Source of the DNA: Candidatus Methylomirabilota bacterium
GTDB taxonomy: Bacteria > Methylomirabilota > Methylomirabilia > Rokubacteriales > CSP1-6
Length of the DNA: 64,000 nt
Direction of reading: 5' to 3'
NCBI GenBank assembly: GCA_035457825.1
Contig: DATIAY010000122.1
Span: 9,147 to 73,146, forward strand
Shown: in pieces, positions 26,558 to 34,852 of the stretch
Position numbering within the stretch: position 1 is the first letter of the stretch
Layout: each line of letters starts with the position of its first letter
The notes under the pieces: model-generated
The model's input: the letters and a program-made list of their open reading frames with translations, nothing else
What the model was told of the DNA's origin: nothing
Database searches by the model: none
Program-made: the position numbers and the translations under genes

Positions 26558-27517
26558 CTACTTCTTGAGCCCGGCCTTCTTCACGAGGTCAGCGATGAGC
26601 GCGTTCTGCTCCTCGAGGTACTTCCGGAACGCCGCCGGGCCCTGGACCGCTACGATGTAGCCGCCGTTGGCGCCGGCCTGCTTGAAGGCCTCGTCCTGAG
26701 CGGCTTTCTGGAAGGCCTCGGCGAGCTTGTCGACGACCGCGGCGGGAGTGCCCTTGGGCACGCTGAAGCCGCGGAACAGCTCCATGGCCACCGGCACGCC
26801 GGCCTGGCGGAGCGTGGGCACGCCCGGGAACGCCGGGTCCGCGGCCTCGCTGGGCACGGCGAGGATGCGTACCTCCCCCGCGCGCACGTGGGCGGCGATC
26901 TCCGGCGTGGGCACGCTGATCATCTCCACTTCTCCGCGCAACAAGCTCGGGATGCGCTTGCCGGAGCCGAGCGGCGCGTGGATCACCTTTATGCCGGTCG
27001 CCTCTGTCAGCGCCAGCGCGGCGAAGTGCGTGCCGCTGCCGTGGCCGGCGTTGCCGATGCGGACCTTGCCCGGGTTGGCGCGGGCGTGGGCCAGGAAGTC
27101 CGGGAACGTCTTCCAGGCGGCATCCGCGCGGACCGCCAGCGGCATGGCCTGCGTCGATACACGCGCGACGTGGTCGAGCGCATCCCAGGGGAAATCGAGG
27201 GTGCCGAGGTTCGCGGTGGTGAGCAGCGAGGTGGAGTTCCAGGCCACGGTGTAGCCGTCGGGCGGCGCCGTCTTCACGTGCGTGTAGGCCAGGGCGCCGC
27301 CGGCGCCGGGCTTGTTGATGGGGACGACGGGCACCCCGAGGAGCTTTTCGGCGGCCTTGGCGATGATGCGTCCCTCGATGTCGGCGGAGCCGCCGGCGCC
27401 GAACGGGATGATCAGCTCGATCGGCTTGGCCGGGAAGGTCTGGCCCCAGCCGGCGGGCGCCGAGGCCAGGAGCACGGCGAGCGCGACGGTCGGTCGTATC
27501 ATCGCTGTCCCTCTCAC
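26558..27517 (-). CDS. tctC: Bug/TctC substrate-binding protein (second copy)
   Basis: Signal peptide plus FPAKPIELIIPFGAGGSADIEGR. 4-nt overlap with the upstream ADH gene. Confidence 0.85.
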   Translation of the reverse strand: MRGTAMIRPTVALAVLLASAPAGWGQTFPAKPIELIIPFGAGGSADIEGRIIAKAAEKLLGVPVVPINKPGAGGALAYTHVKTAPPDGYTVAWNSTSLLTTANLGTLDFPWDALDHVARVSTQAMPLAVRADAAWKTFPDFLAHARANPGKVRIGNAGHGSGTHFAALALTEATGIKVIHAPLGSGKRIPSLLRGEVEMISVPTPEIAAHVRAGEVRILAVPSEAADPAFPGVPTLRQAGVPVAMELFRGFSVPKGTPAAVVDKLAEAFQKAAQDEAFKQAGANGGYIVAVQGPAAFRKYLEEQNALIADLVKKAGLKK

Positions 27518-28581
27518 GGGTGGAAGATGACCTTGATGGGATCGCCGATTCGCTTCTCGACGACCTCGAAGCCCCGGTGCACTTCGGTCAGCGGGAAGGT
27601 CTGGCTCACCAGCGGCTTGGCCCGCACGCGACCAGCCGCCAGCAGGGCCAGGGCCCGGCCCACGCTCGTCCCGCCCTCGCCTCGCTCGGTGTAGATCGTC
27701 AGGTTGCGACGCACGGCGTCGGCCACGTCGGCGGTGACGGGGCCGTGGTAGAACCCCACCAGGATGACGCGGCCGCCCGGCTTGGTCATCTTGATCGACT
27801 GGTCGAAGGTGTCGTCACCGCCGGCGCAGTCGATCGTCACGTCGGCGCCGCGGCCCCCGGTGGCCTCCCGCACTGCAGTCACCGGATCCTGCTCGCGGCT
27901 GTTCACGATGACGTCGGCGCCCAGCTCTTTGCCCAGGGCCAGGCGCCCCGGTCGCGTGCCGGTGAGGATCACGCGCACGGCGCCGAGCGCCTTGACGAGC
28001 TGCAGGGCCATCAGCCCGATCGGCCCCGGTCCCAGCACCGCCACCGTCTCGCCGGCGAAGTAGCCGCCGGCCCGCTCCAGCCCGTACAGGGGGCTGCCCG
28101 CGGTCATGACCACGACGGCCTCCTCGAAGGAGACGCTGTCGGGGACGCGGAACAGCGTGTTGACGTGGTTCAACGCATACTCGGCCAGCCCGCCGTTGGT
28201 GGTAAACCCGTTGGCCCGGTGCCCACGCTTCATGTTGCCGAAGTTCAGGCAGGCCGTGTACAGCCCGCGGATGCAGTTCTCGCACCGCCGGCAGCCCATA
28301 TGCGCCTCGACGACCACCCGGTCGCCGACCCGAAACTCGTCCACCGTGCTGCCCACCGCCACCACGTCGCCCGCGTACTCGTGGCCGAAGATGAACTGGC
28401 CGTACGGGGGCATGTGAGGCAGCCCCTGGTGGACGATTTTCAGGTCCGTCCCTCAGACGCCGCAGGCGCGCACGCGAACCAGCACGTCCTCCGGCCCCGG
28501 CTGGGGAACCGGCCGCTCCTGCAGTTCGAAGCGGTGGGGCGCCATCAACACGGTCGCCCGCATGGTCGTGGGAGCGCTCAT
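27514..28581 (-). CDS. Zn-dependent alcohol dehydrogenase (MDR superfamily), 355 aa, with in-frame TGA (28453-28455) at the catalytic-zinc Cys ligand; candidate selenoprotein (U43)
   Basis: Track ORFs 28453..28725 and 27514..28413 are in the same frame, separated by one TGA plus 13 sense codons. The joined sequence reads MSAPTTMRATVL..EDVLVRVRACGV-U-GTDLKIVHQGLPHMPPYGQFIFGHEYAGDVV... It has the structural-Zn motif GCRRCENCIRGLYTAC and the NAD motif VLGPGPIG. A GGAGGA RBS precedes ATG 28581. Confidence 0.8.
28407..28426 (-). promoter_or_regulatory. Candidate SECIS hairpin for the ADH UGA (alternative hairpin at 28431-28451)
   Basis: mRNA GGGGC-UGCCUCACAU-GCCCC has its loop starting 31 nt after the UGA. 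The alternative GGACGG-ACCUGAAAA-UCGUCC starts 2 nt after the UGA. Neither could be scored here. Confidence 0.35.
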
Positions 28582-28660
28582 TCCTTCCTCCATTCCACTG
28601 CGCGCCGTTGGCGGCAGCGGGCCAAGCGTAGCACGAGCCCCTCGTGGTATAACACCCGCC

Positions 28661-29752
28661 ATGCCATCAAACCTCGAAGACCGATTTCTCACGCTGCATG
28701 AAATCGTGCGGGCCGCCCGGGTCAACCTCGCCCCCGGGCCCTGGGACTACCTCGCGGGGGGCGCGGAGACGGAGACCACGCTGCGCCGCAACCGCCAGGC
28801 CCTGGATGCGGTCGCCTTCCGGCCGCGCGTCCTGCGCGACGTCTCCAAGATCGATTGCACCTCGTCGCTGCTGGGCCGGGCCATCCGCCTGCCGGTCATG
28901 CTGGCGCCGGTGGGGTCGATCGAGACCTTCGCTCCTGGCGGGGGAGCCACCGCGGCCCAGGCCGCCGCCGAGTTCGGGATCCCCCAGATGCTCTCCTCGG
29001 TGTGCAACCCGGGCCTGGAGGCCACGGCGAAGGCCGCCCCCGACGCTTTCCGCATCTTCCAGCTCTACGTCCGCGGTGACGACGCCTGGGTGGACGACTT
29101 CGTCAAGCGCGCCCGCGACCATGGTTACGTGGCCTTCTGCCTCACCGTGGATACCGCCGTCTACAGCCGGCGCGAGCGGGACCTGGCCCGGCGGTTCGTC
29201 AAGCCGTGGCGCGTGCGGGCCGGCGGCTTCGAATACCAGGCCGGGCTCAACTGGGATCACGTCAAGCGCTTCAAGGACGTCCACCCCGACATTCCGCTGG
29301 CCCTCAAGGGCATCGCCACCGCTGAGGACGCCACGCTGGCCGTCGAGCACGGGGTCGAGATCGTCTACGTCTCCAATCACGGCGGCCGCCAGCTCGACCA
29401 CGGTCGCGGCACGCTCGACGTGCTCCCCGAGGTGCTAACCGCCGTCGACGGCCGCGCCACCGTCATCATGGACGGCGGCATCATGCGCGGCACCGACGTG
29501 GTCAAGGCCATCGCCACGGGCGCGCACGCCGTGGCCATCGGCCGTCTGGAATGCTGTGGTCTCGCCGCCGCCGGCCAGGCCGGGCTCGTGCGCGTGCTCG
29601 AGTTGCTGGAGGAAGAGGTGCGGGTCGCCCTGGGGCTCATGGGCGTGAGCCGCCTGTCCCAGCTCGATCGCTCCTACCTGCGCCCGGCGACGCCGGTAGG
29701 CCCGCCGCACGTGACGAGCGCCTTCCCGCTCCTGGACGAGGAAGGCTACTGA
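28661..29752 (+). CDS. FMN-dependent alpha-hydroxy-acid dehydrogenase/oxidase (L-lactate dehydrogenase / glycolate oxidase family), 363 aa
   Basis: Contains ..GAETETTLRRNRQALD..FRPRVL.., VSNHGGRQLD and the TIM-barrel FMN family pattern. ATG 28661 is internal to track ORF 28562..29752. Confidence 0.85.
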   Translation: MPSNLEDRFLTLHEIVRAARVNLAPGPWDYLAGGAETETTLRRNRQALDAVAFRPRVLRDVSKIDCTSSLLGRAIRLPVMLAPVGSIETFAPGGGATAAQAAAEFGIPQMLSSVCNPGLEATAKAAPDAFRIFQLYVRGDDAWVDDFVKRARDHGYVAFCLTVDTAVYSRRERDLARRFVKPWRVRAGGFEYQAGLNWDHVKRFKDVHPDIPLALKGIATAEDATLAVEHGVEIVYVSNHGGRQLDHGRGTLDVLPEVLTAVDGRATVIMDGGIMRGTDVVKAIATGAHAVAIGRLECCGLAAAGQAGLVRVLELLEEEVRVALGLMGVSRLSQLDRSYLRPATPVGPPHVTSAFPLLDEEGY

Positions 29753-29753
29753 T

Positions 29754-31154
29754 CTAGTAGCGGATCCGGACTCGGTAGGTGAGCTTGGCCGCGCCCTCCT
29801 TGGCGATCGGCACGTCGAAGCGCAGGGTGTGGGCCTCCACCTTGTCGGCCTTGTGGGTGGCGTGGAGCACCTGCCAGTCGCCGGGGACGGGCTCGATCAC
29901 CTGCACGGTCACCGGCTCCTTCTTGTGGTTGCGCAGGCTCACCTCCCACTCGACCTCCCACAGGTGGGAGGCGATCTTCTTCCAGTCGGTCTGCTTGCGA
30001 TCGCCGACCACGTCGAAGGCGTCGCCCATCTTGAGCTTTACGCGCTCGTCCTTGGGGGTGTGCTCGATCCAGTCCTCGCCGATGAGCTGCTGGCTGCCGG
30101 CGGTGTCGGCCTTGTAGACGCGAACTTTGCCCTTGGGCAGCGGCACGCCGAGCCGGTGCTCCTTGCCGTTCTTGATCTCCAGATAGACCCCCACCTTCTG
30201 GTTGGAGATGGGCATGCCGTACTGGTTGCGGTAGTAGTCCTGGGCGCCCCAGTAGATGAAGTGCTTCTGCACGGGGATCTCGGTGGCCGCCATCAGGGTG
30301 AGCTGCTTGGTCTGGTTGTCCTTGATGGTGGTCCGGCCGTCGAGGGTGTACAGGTGGTACTCGAAAAAGCCCTCGGCGTTGAAGTCGCGGCTGGCGCCGG
30401 CCGGGGACGAGGCCTTGGCCGCCATCTCCATCATGCGGCCGTCCCGCCGCGGATCGCGGGCCCGGTTGAGATCACCGGCCACCAGCTTGAGCGCGGCGTT
30501 GGTGTAGGTCGCACCGCTTTTGTTGTCGATCGTGACCCAGCCGGTGAGGTCGGTCCGCGTGTCGCCCGGGTTCAGGACGAGCACGTAGTCGGCCTTCCAG
30601 GTGATCCCACTCGTGAGATAGGACGCCTCGATCCGCTGGGGCGCCACGGCCTGGTTGCGCAGGAGCCAGACCAGCGTGGGCTTGGAGACGAGGTTCTCGG
30701 GCAGGGCCGGGAGCACCATCTGGCCGTGGTGGCCGAGGTGAATCTGCCCGTTGATCTCGAACACGGGGCCGTTGGTCGAGAGCAGCGTGGCCTCGATCCA
30801 GGAGCTGCCCTGGTAGAGCCGCACCTTGCGGCCCACGTACTTCTCGATGAGCTTCTGGCTGGTCAAGAGGTCGTACTCGTAGTTCTGCTCGAGGATGCGC
30901 AGCCCCGCGGCGTCGGTGAGCGATTTGAGATGCAGCGTGGTGGGATCGATGAGCGCGGCCACGTCCATGAAGCGGAGCTCGTGGATGCCGGCCGGCAGGC
31001 GGACCTCGCGAGTGTCCTTCACGAGGCCGAGGTTGCCGTTGTAGATCGTCACCATGACATCTTTCTGGCCGTCGCGGGTGACGGCGAGCGGGGTCGTCGC
31101 CGCCTCGGCCGTGCCGACGGCCAGAAGCAGCGCAAAGGCAATGAGCTGTCGCAT
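29754..31154 (-). CDS. DUF4139 (MuiA-like) domain protein, secreted
   Basis: Signal peptide. VTIYNGNLGLVKDTREVRLPAGIHELRFMDVAALIDPTTLHLKSL is typical of the DUF4139 N-terminus. GAGGAGGA RBS. Confidence 0.65.
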   Translation of the reverse strand: MRQLIAFALLLAVGTAEAATTPLAVTRDGQKDVMVTIYNGNLGLVKDTREVRLPAGIHELRFMDVAALIDPTTLHLKSLTDAAGLRILEQNYEYDLLTSQKLIEKYVGRKVRLYQGSSWIEATLLSTNGPVFEINGQIHLGHHGQMVLPALPENLVSKPTLVWLLRNQAVAPQRIEASYLTSGITWKADYVLVLNPGDTRTDLTGWVTIDNKSGATYTNAALKLVAGDLNRARDPRRDGRMMEMAAKASSPAGASRDFNAEGFFEYHLYTLDGRTTIKDNQTKQLTLMAATEIPVQKHFIYWGAQDYYRNQYGMPISNQKVGVYLEIKNGKEHRLGVPLPKGKVRVYKADTAGSQQLIGEDWIEHTPKDERVKLKMGDAFDVVGDRKQTDWKKIASHLWEVEWEVSLRNHKKEPVTVQVIEPVPGDWQVLHATHKADKVEAHTLRFDVPIAKEGAAKLTYRVRIRY

Positions 31155-31196
31155 GATCCGGTCCTCCTCGGGCCCCCAGTGGGGCCATATGTCCAG

Positions 31197-31224
31197 TTAG
31201 ACCGGTGCGGGCACGCGGAGTTCC
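31197..31224 (-). promoter_or_regulatory. ECF (RpoE/AlgU-type) promoter upstream of the DUF4139 gene
   Basis: The minus strand reads GGAACTC-N16-TCTAA, about 43 nt upstream of ATG 31154. Confidence 0.6.
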
Positions 31225-31255
31225 CGGGTGGCTGGACGCTCGGGGAGACGCGGAG

Positions 31256-32188
31256 TTAGCGGACGAGCTGGATGCGAACCCGCAGCGGGTCGGCAGCCGA
31301 CTCGGCGGTCCGCGCTGCCTGCCAGCGGCCGATGCGCGCCAGCTCGCGCGTGAACTCGTCGGCCCGGGCGCGGGGGATTTCCACTTCGACCTCGAGACCG
31401 TCCTGGATCGGACGGCGGCTCGTCTGCCGGCCACCCGAGCGGGCAATCAGCGAGCCGAGCTCGCTCTCGGCGCCAGTGAGATCGCCGACGGTGAGGCGGC
31501 CGTCGAGATCCGGCGCGCCCGCCTCCTTCTTGTCGGCAGCGATGCCGGCCGTGGCCTCACGCTCGGGGGCCGGCTCGGCGCGGCCCCCGGCTTCGCGATT
31601 GTCTTTCATGGGCGCGGCGGGCTCTGGCGCGCTTCGCCTGGACTGGAGCGCGTCCTGCCTTGGCGCAGCGCCCTCCTGAGGGGACGGTGTGGCGGGCGTC
31701 TGGACACTGCCGGGCGGCGCTGTCGCCTTGCCAACGGCCGGAGCCTCGCGGGCCGGCGGCGCCGGCGCCGGGGCCTGGCTCACGGCCGGGCCCTCGACGG
31801 CGGCTGGCGGCGCCGGGAGGGGATCATGCCGGGCGGCCTGCTGAAGCTCGGGCGACTGACGATAGAGCAGGCTCACCAGCACGCCGACGAGCACCATGGC
31901 TGCCGCGCCGAGTGGCAGCTTCACCGGGAGCGGGAAGATCAGCACCCGGGCCAGGCGCCGATACCAGGGCGTGGAGTCCGCCCGGGCGAGCACGCGGTCC
32001 ACGAAGCCGACGGGCGCTCGCTCGGGCTCGACCGCACGGACGAGCGAGACGACGTTGCCGAACCGTGAGAGCTCGGCGCGGCACTCGGCGCAGCCAGCCA
32101 AATGGCGATCGAGGGCGACGCGCTCATCGGGAGTGAGCGCCTCGTCCACCAGCGCCGAGAAGAGCTCCCGGGCTTCACCGCACGTCAT
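31256..32188 (-). CDS. Anti-sigma factor (zf-HC2) with one TM helix and a Pro/Ala-rich extracytoplasmic region
   Basis: N-terminal ..LDRHLAGCAECRAEL (H-x3-C-x2-C). TM segment AAAMVLVGVLVSLL. 4-nt overlap with the sigma gene. Confidence 0.75.
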   Translation of the reverse strand: MTCGEARELFSALVDEALTPDERVALDRHLAGCAECRAELSRFGNVVSLVRAVEPERAPVGFVDRVLARADSTPWYRRLARVLIFPLPVKLPLGAAAMVLVGVLVSLLYRQSPELQQAARHDPLPAPPAAVEGPAVSQAPAPAPPAREAPAVGKATAPPGSVQTPATPSPQEGAAPRQDALQSRRSAPEPAAPMKDNREAGGRAEPAPEREATAGIAADKKEAGAPDLDGRLTVGDLTGAESELGSLIARSGGRQTSRRPIQDGLEVEVEIPRARADEFTRELARIGRWQAARTAESAADPLRVRIQLVR

Positions 32189-32739
32189 TGAAGAAATCGC
32201 TCCATCTTGTCCTTCAGGTCGATCCGGGCCCGGTGCAGGCGGGAGCGCACGGTGCCTAGCTCGAGCCCCAGGGCCTGGGCGATCTCCTCGTAGCTCAGCC
32301 CTTCCAGGTCCCGCAAGACCACGACGATCCGCCGCTCCTCGGGCAGCGCCTCGATCGCCCGGTGCAGGGCCGCCTCCACCTCCCGGCGCTCCACTCCGGC
32401 CGCCGGATCGGCGTCCGCGGGCAGACGCAGGAGTGTTTCCTCGCCCTCGCGCCGGAGCCGCCGGTCGCTCGCGGCGAGCCGGTTCAGGCAGAGCCGCGAA
32501 GCGATCGCGTAGAGCCAGGTCGAGAGCTTTGCATCGCCCCGGAACTCCGCGAGCGAGCGGTGGGCCCGCACGAACACCTCCTGGGCGATCTCCTCCGCCT
32601 CGGCGCGGCTGCCGAGCATCCGGAGGGCCACCCCGAAGACTCGGTGCTGGTGGGCAATGACCAGCTCCTCGAAGGCCCGGGCCTCCCCCGCGCGGAGGCG
32701 CGCGAGCAGATCGGGGTCATCACCAGGCGCCGCCCTCAT
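32185..32739 (-). CDS. ECF (sigma-70 group 4) RNA polymerase sigma factor
   Basis: Region 2 (FEELVIAHQHRVFGVALRMLGSRAEAEEIAQEVFVRAH) and region 4 (LSYEEIAQALGLELGTVRSRLHRAR). Confidence 0.85.
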   Translation of the reverse strand: MRAAPGDDPDLLARLRAGEARAFEELVIAHQHRVFGVALRMLGSRAEAEEIAQEVFVRAHRSLAEFRGDAKLSTWLYAIASRLCLNRLAASDRRLRREGEETLLRLPADADPAAGVERREVEAALHRAIEALPEERRIVVVLRDLEGLSYEEIAQALGLELGTVRSRLHRARIDLKDKMERFLQ

Positions 32740-32743
32740 CAGG

Positions 32744-32772
32744 TGAGACCATACCGCCGCCCGAGAAGTTCC
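32744..32772 (-). promoter_or_regulatory. ECF-type autoregulatory promoter upstream of the sigma gene
   Basis: The minus strand reads GGAACTT-N17-TCTCA, ending 4 nt before ATG 32739. This implies a very short leader or a leaderless transcript. Confidence 0.55.
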
Positions 32773-32802
32773 CCGACGAAGATTCGTGGAGTCGAGCCGA
32801 GC

Positions 32803-34806
32803 CTACTTCAGCAGGCCCCGGATGAAGCCTTTGACCGGCTCCGATTTGTCAGGCTTGGAGGCGCCCGGCGATGCCGGGGTGCCGGCCGCCAGCGCGCTCT
32901 GACAGGGGTGAGGATCGATGGCTCCCCTCAGCGCCGCCTCGCCCAGGAGGGAGAGGCCACCCGTGGCCACCGCGGCGCCGACCGACACGGCCTGGCGCGC
33001 CGCCCCCATCGTGTCGAGCCCGATGCGAGGCTCCATCAGGGGGCCGGTCACGCGCACCAGTTCGGCGAGGTTGGCCACGCCGATTCGCAATCCCTGCGTA
33101 ACCGACGGACGGATGGCCAGGTCGAGCGTCTCCTCGCGGAGATCGACGAGGCCCGCCATCACCACGTTGATCTTGCTCGTCTCGTAGGCGACGGACCGCT
33201 CGATCTTGACGAGGCCGTCGCGCAGGGGCAGCCGCACGACCGCGCATCGCAGCTCGGTGGTCGTGTCCGACTTGCGGAAGGGGTTGACGATGTCGAGCAG
33301 CTTCGTGAGCGTATCGCCGCCGACATCGAGCGCGTTCGCGGCGAGGTGGGCGGGACCGACGACGATGCGCACGGTGCCGCTCGCGGTCGCGGCGAGGCGC
33401 CGCAGCGAGCCACCGGTGCCGGTGAGATCGACGGCCACGCTCGTCTCCCCGCCGGAGATCTGCCCGGTTCGTCCGGTCGCCGCCGCCAGCTCCTCGAGGC
33501 GGATTCCGGCTCCGTCGATCTTGGCCTTCAGGCCGGGAGCGCCGCTGCCGGTCGGATCGAGAGCGACCATCCCGGTGACCTCCCCGCGGGCCAGGGTGAA
33601 CGCGAGGGGCGCCACCTCGAGCTTTCGATTCCTGGCGACCAGCACGAGATGCACTGCCTGCAGCGGCAGCGCGTTCGGCAGCACGAGGCGCCCGATGCGC
33701 GCCTCCAGCCTGGCGTCGATCATGCCAAGCCCGTCTACGGGAAGAGGGTCCTCGCCGAAGAGCCATCGCCGCGATGACGGCGGCGGAGCGGGTTGTTGCT
33801 TGGCGTCGGCCCGCGGCACCAAACGGGTGAGGTCCAGCGATGGTGACGCCATCGAGACGTCGAAGGCCGGACGGGCGGCGGCCAGCTTGATCGCTACCCG
33901 ACCCCCGATGGCCTGGCCGGCAACCGTCAGGTCGAGGGGATCGAGCACATAGGCGTCGCCGCCGCCGCGCACCCTGGCCGAGGCCTTGAGGGGCAGGGGC
34001 ACGTTCAGGTTCGTGTCGGCCAGGCGTGACAGGCTGGTGGTGGTCGTTACATCTCCGGTGACCATCACGTCGAGCTGGCCCGCCCGGCTCACCGTGCCCT
34101 TCACCGTGGCGGTGGCGCCGTCCACGGTGACGACAAGATCGATCGGCACCTCCGCGGCGCCTGCCGCCAGCGCCTCGAGGCGGCTGGTGGTCGCCTCCAC
34201 GCGGAGGCGCTGGCCGCTCACGCTGAGCGCGCCCGCGATGCGCGTGGCGTCGCCCGCGCCGTCGAGGGAGAGCTGCTGGACATCGACGCGCGTCTCACGA
34301 CCGGTCTTCCCGTCACGGTAGGCGATCCGGGCATCCTCGACCCGAAGCTGGTCCAGTCCGATCGCGGGTGCGCCGCCCGAGGAATCGTCCGCCGGCTTCT
34401 CACCCGGCGGCTGCAGGATCCAGTTGCCGGTGCCGGCTTGATCGGTCTCCAGCAAGAGGTCGGGCCCCACCAGGATGAACCGGCGAATCTCGATCCGACC
34501 GCGGAGCAGTGGCCAGAACGCAATCTCAGCCTCGGCCCGGCGCAGGCGTAGCATGTCGGGCCGGGACCCCCAGGGGGCATTGCCGATGTGGACGTCGCCG
34601 GCCGCGATGGCCAGGCTGGGAAACAGCCTGACCCCGAGCGGGCCCTTGATCGCAAACTCGCGTCCAGAGGCGGCCTTCACCCGTTCGCCGACGAGTTCGG
34701 CCACGCGGCGCAGATCGAGCGAGCGCAATGCGATCGCCGCGACCGCGACGGCGATCACGACGACGAGCGCCAGGCCGAGCAGAAGGAACTTCATCCGGCG
34801 GGACAT
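32803..34806 (-). CDS. AsmA-family outer-membrane biogenesis protein, 667 aa
   Basis: N-terminal TM anchor (MSRRMKFLLLGLALVVVIAVAVAAIAL), AsmA N-terminal pattern and a long beta-rich body. ATG 34806 is internal to track ORF 32803..35052. Confidence 0.75.
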   Translation of the reverse strand: MSRRMKFLLLGLALVVVIAVAVAAIALRSLDLRRVAELVGERVKAASGREFAIKGPLGVRLFPSLAIAAGDVHIGNAPWGSRPDMLRLRRAEAEIAFWPLLRGRIEIRRFILVGPDLLLETDQAGTGNWILQPPGEKPADDSSGGAPAIGLDQLRVEDARIAYRDGKTGRETRVDVQQLSLDGAGDATRIAGALSVSGQRLRVEATTSRLEALAAGAAEVPIDLVVTVDGATATVKGTVSRAGQLDVMVTGDVTTTTSLSRLADTNLNVPLPLKASARVRGGGDAYVLDPLDLTVAGQAIGGRVAIKLAAARPAFDVSMASPSLDLTRLVPRADAKQQPAPPPSSRRWLFGEDPLPVDGLGMIDARLEARIGRLVLPNALPLQAVHLVLVARNRKLEVAPLAFTLARGEVTGMVALDPTGSGAPGLKAKIDGAGIRLEELAAATGRTGQISGGETSVAVDLTGTGGSLRRLAATASGTVRIVVGPAHLAANALDVGGDTLTKLLDIVNPFRKSDTTTELRCAVVRLPLRDGLVKIERSVAYETSKINVVMAGLVDLREETLDLAIRPSVTQGLRIGVANLAELVRVTGPLMEPRIGLDTMGAARQAVSVGAAVATGGLSLLGEAALRGAIDPHPCQSALAAGTPASPGASKPDKSEPVKGFIRGLLK

Positions 34807-34821
34807 TTCGCGGGAACGGTA

Positions 34822-34842
34822 GACGATGCCCCCAGCATCGTC
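34822..34842 (-). terminator. Hairpin between the GGDEF and AsmA genes (terminator-like, no U tract)
   Basis: GACGATGC-ccccA-GCATCGTC forms a perfect 8-bp stem, 11 nt after the GGDEF stop. Confidence 0.3.
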
Positions 34843-34852
34843 AACGGACGTC

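Noticed and set aside
23943-28581. The in-frame TGAs explained by a reassigned genetic code (UGA as Trp or Gly).
   Set aside because: Many well-supported genes in the window terminate with TGA. The two internal TGAs align to conserved Cys positions, not to Trp or Gly positions.
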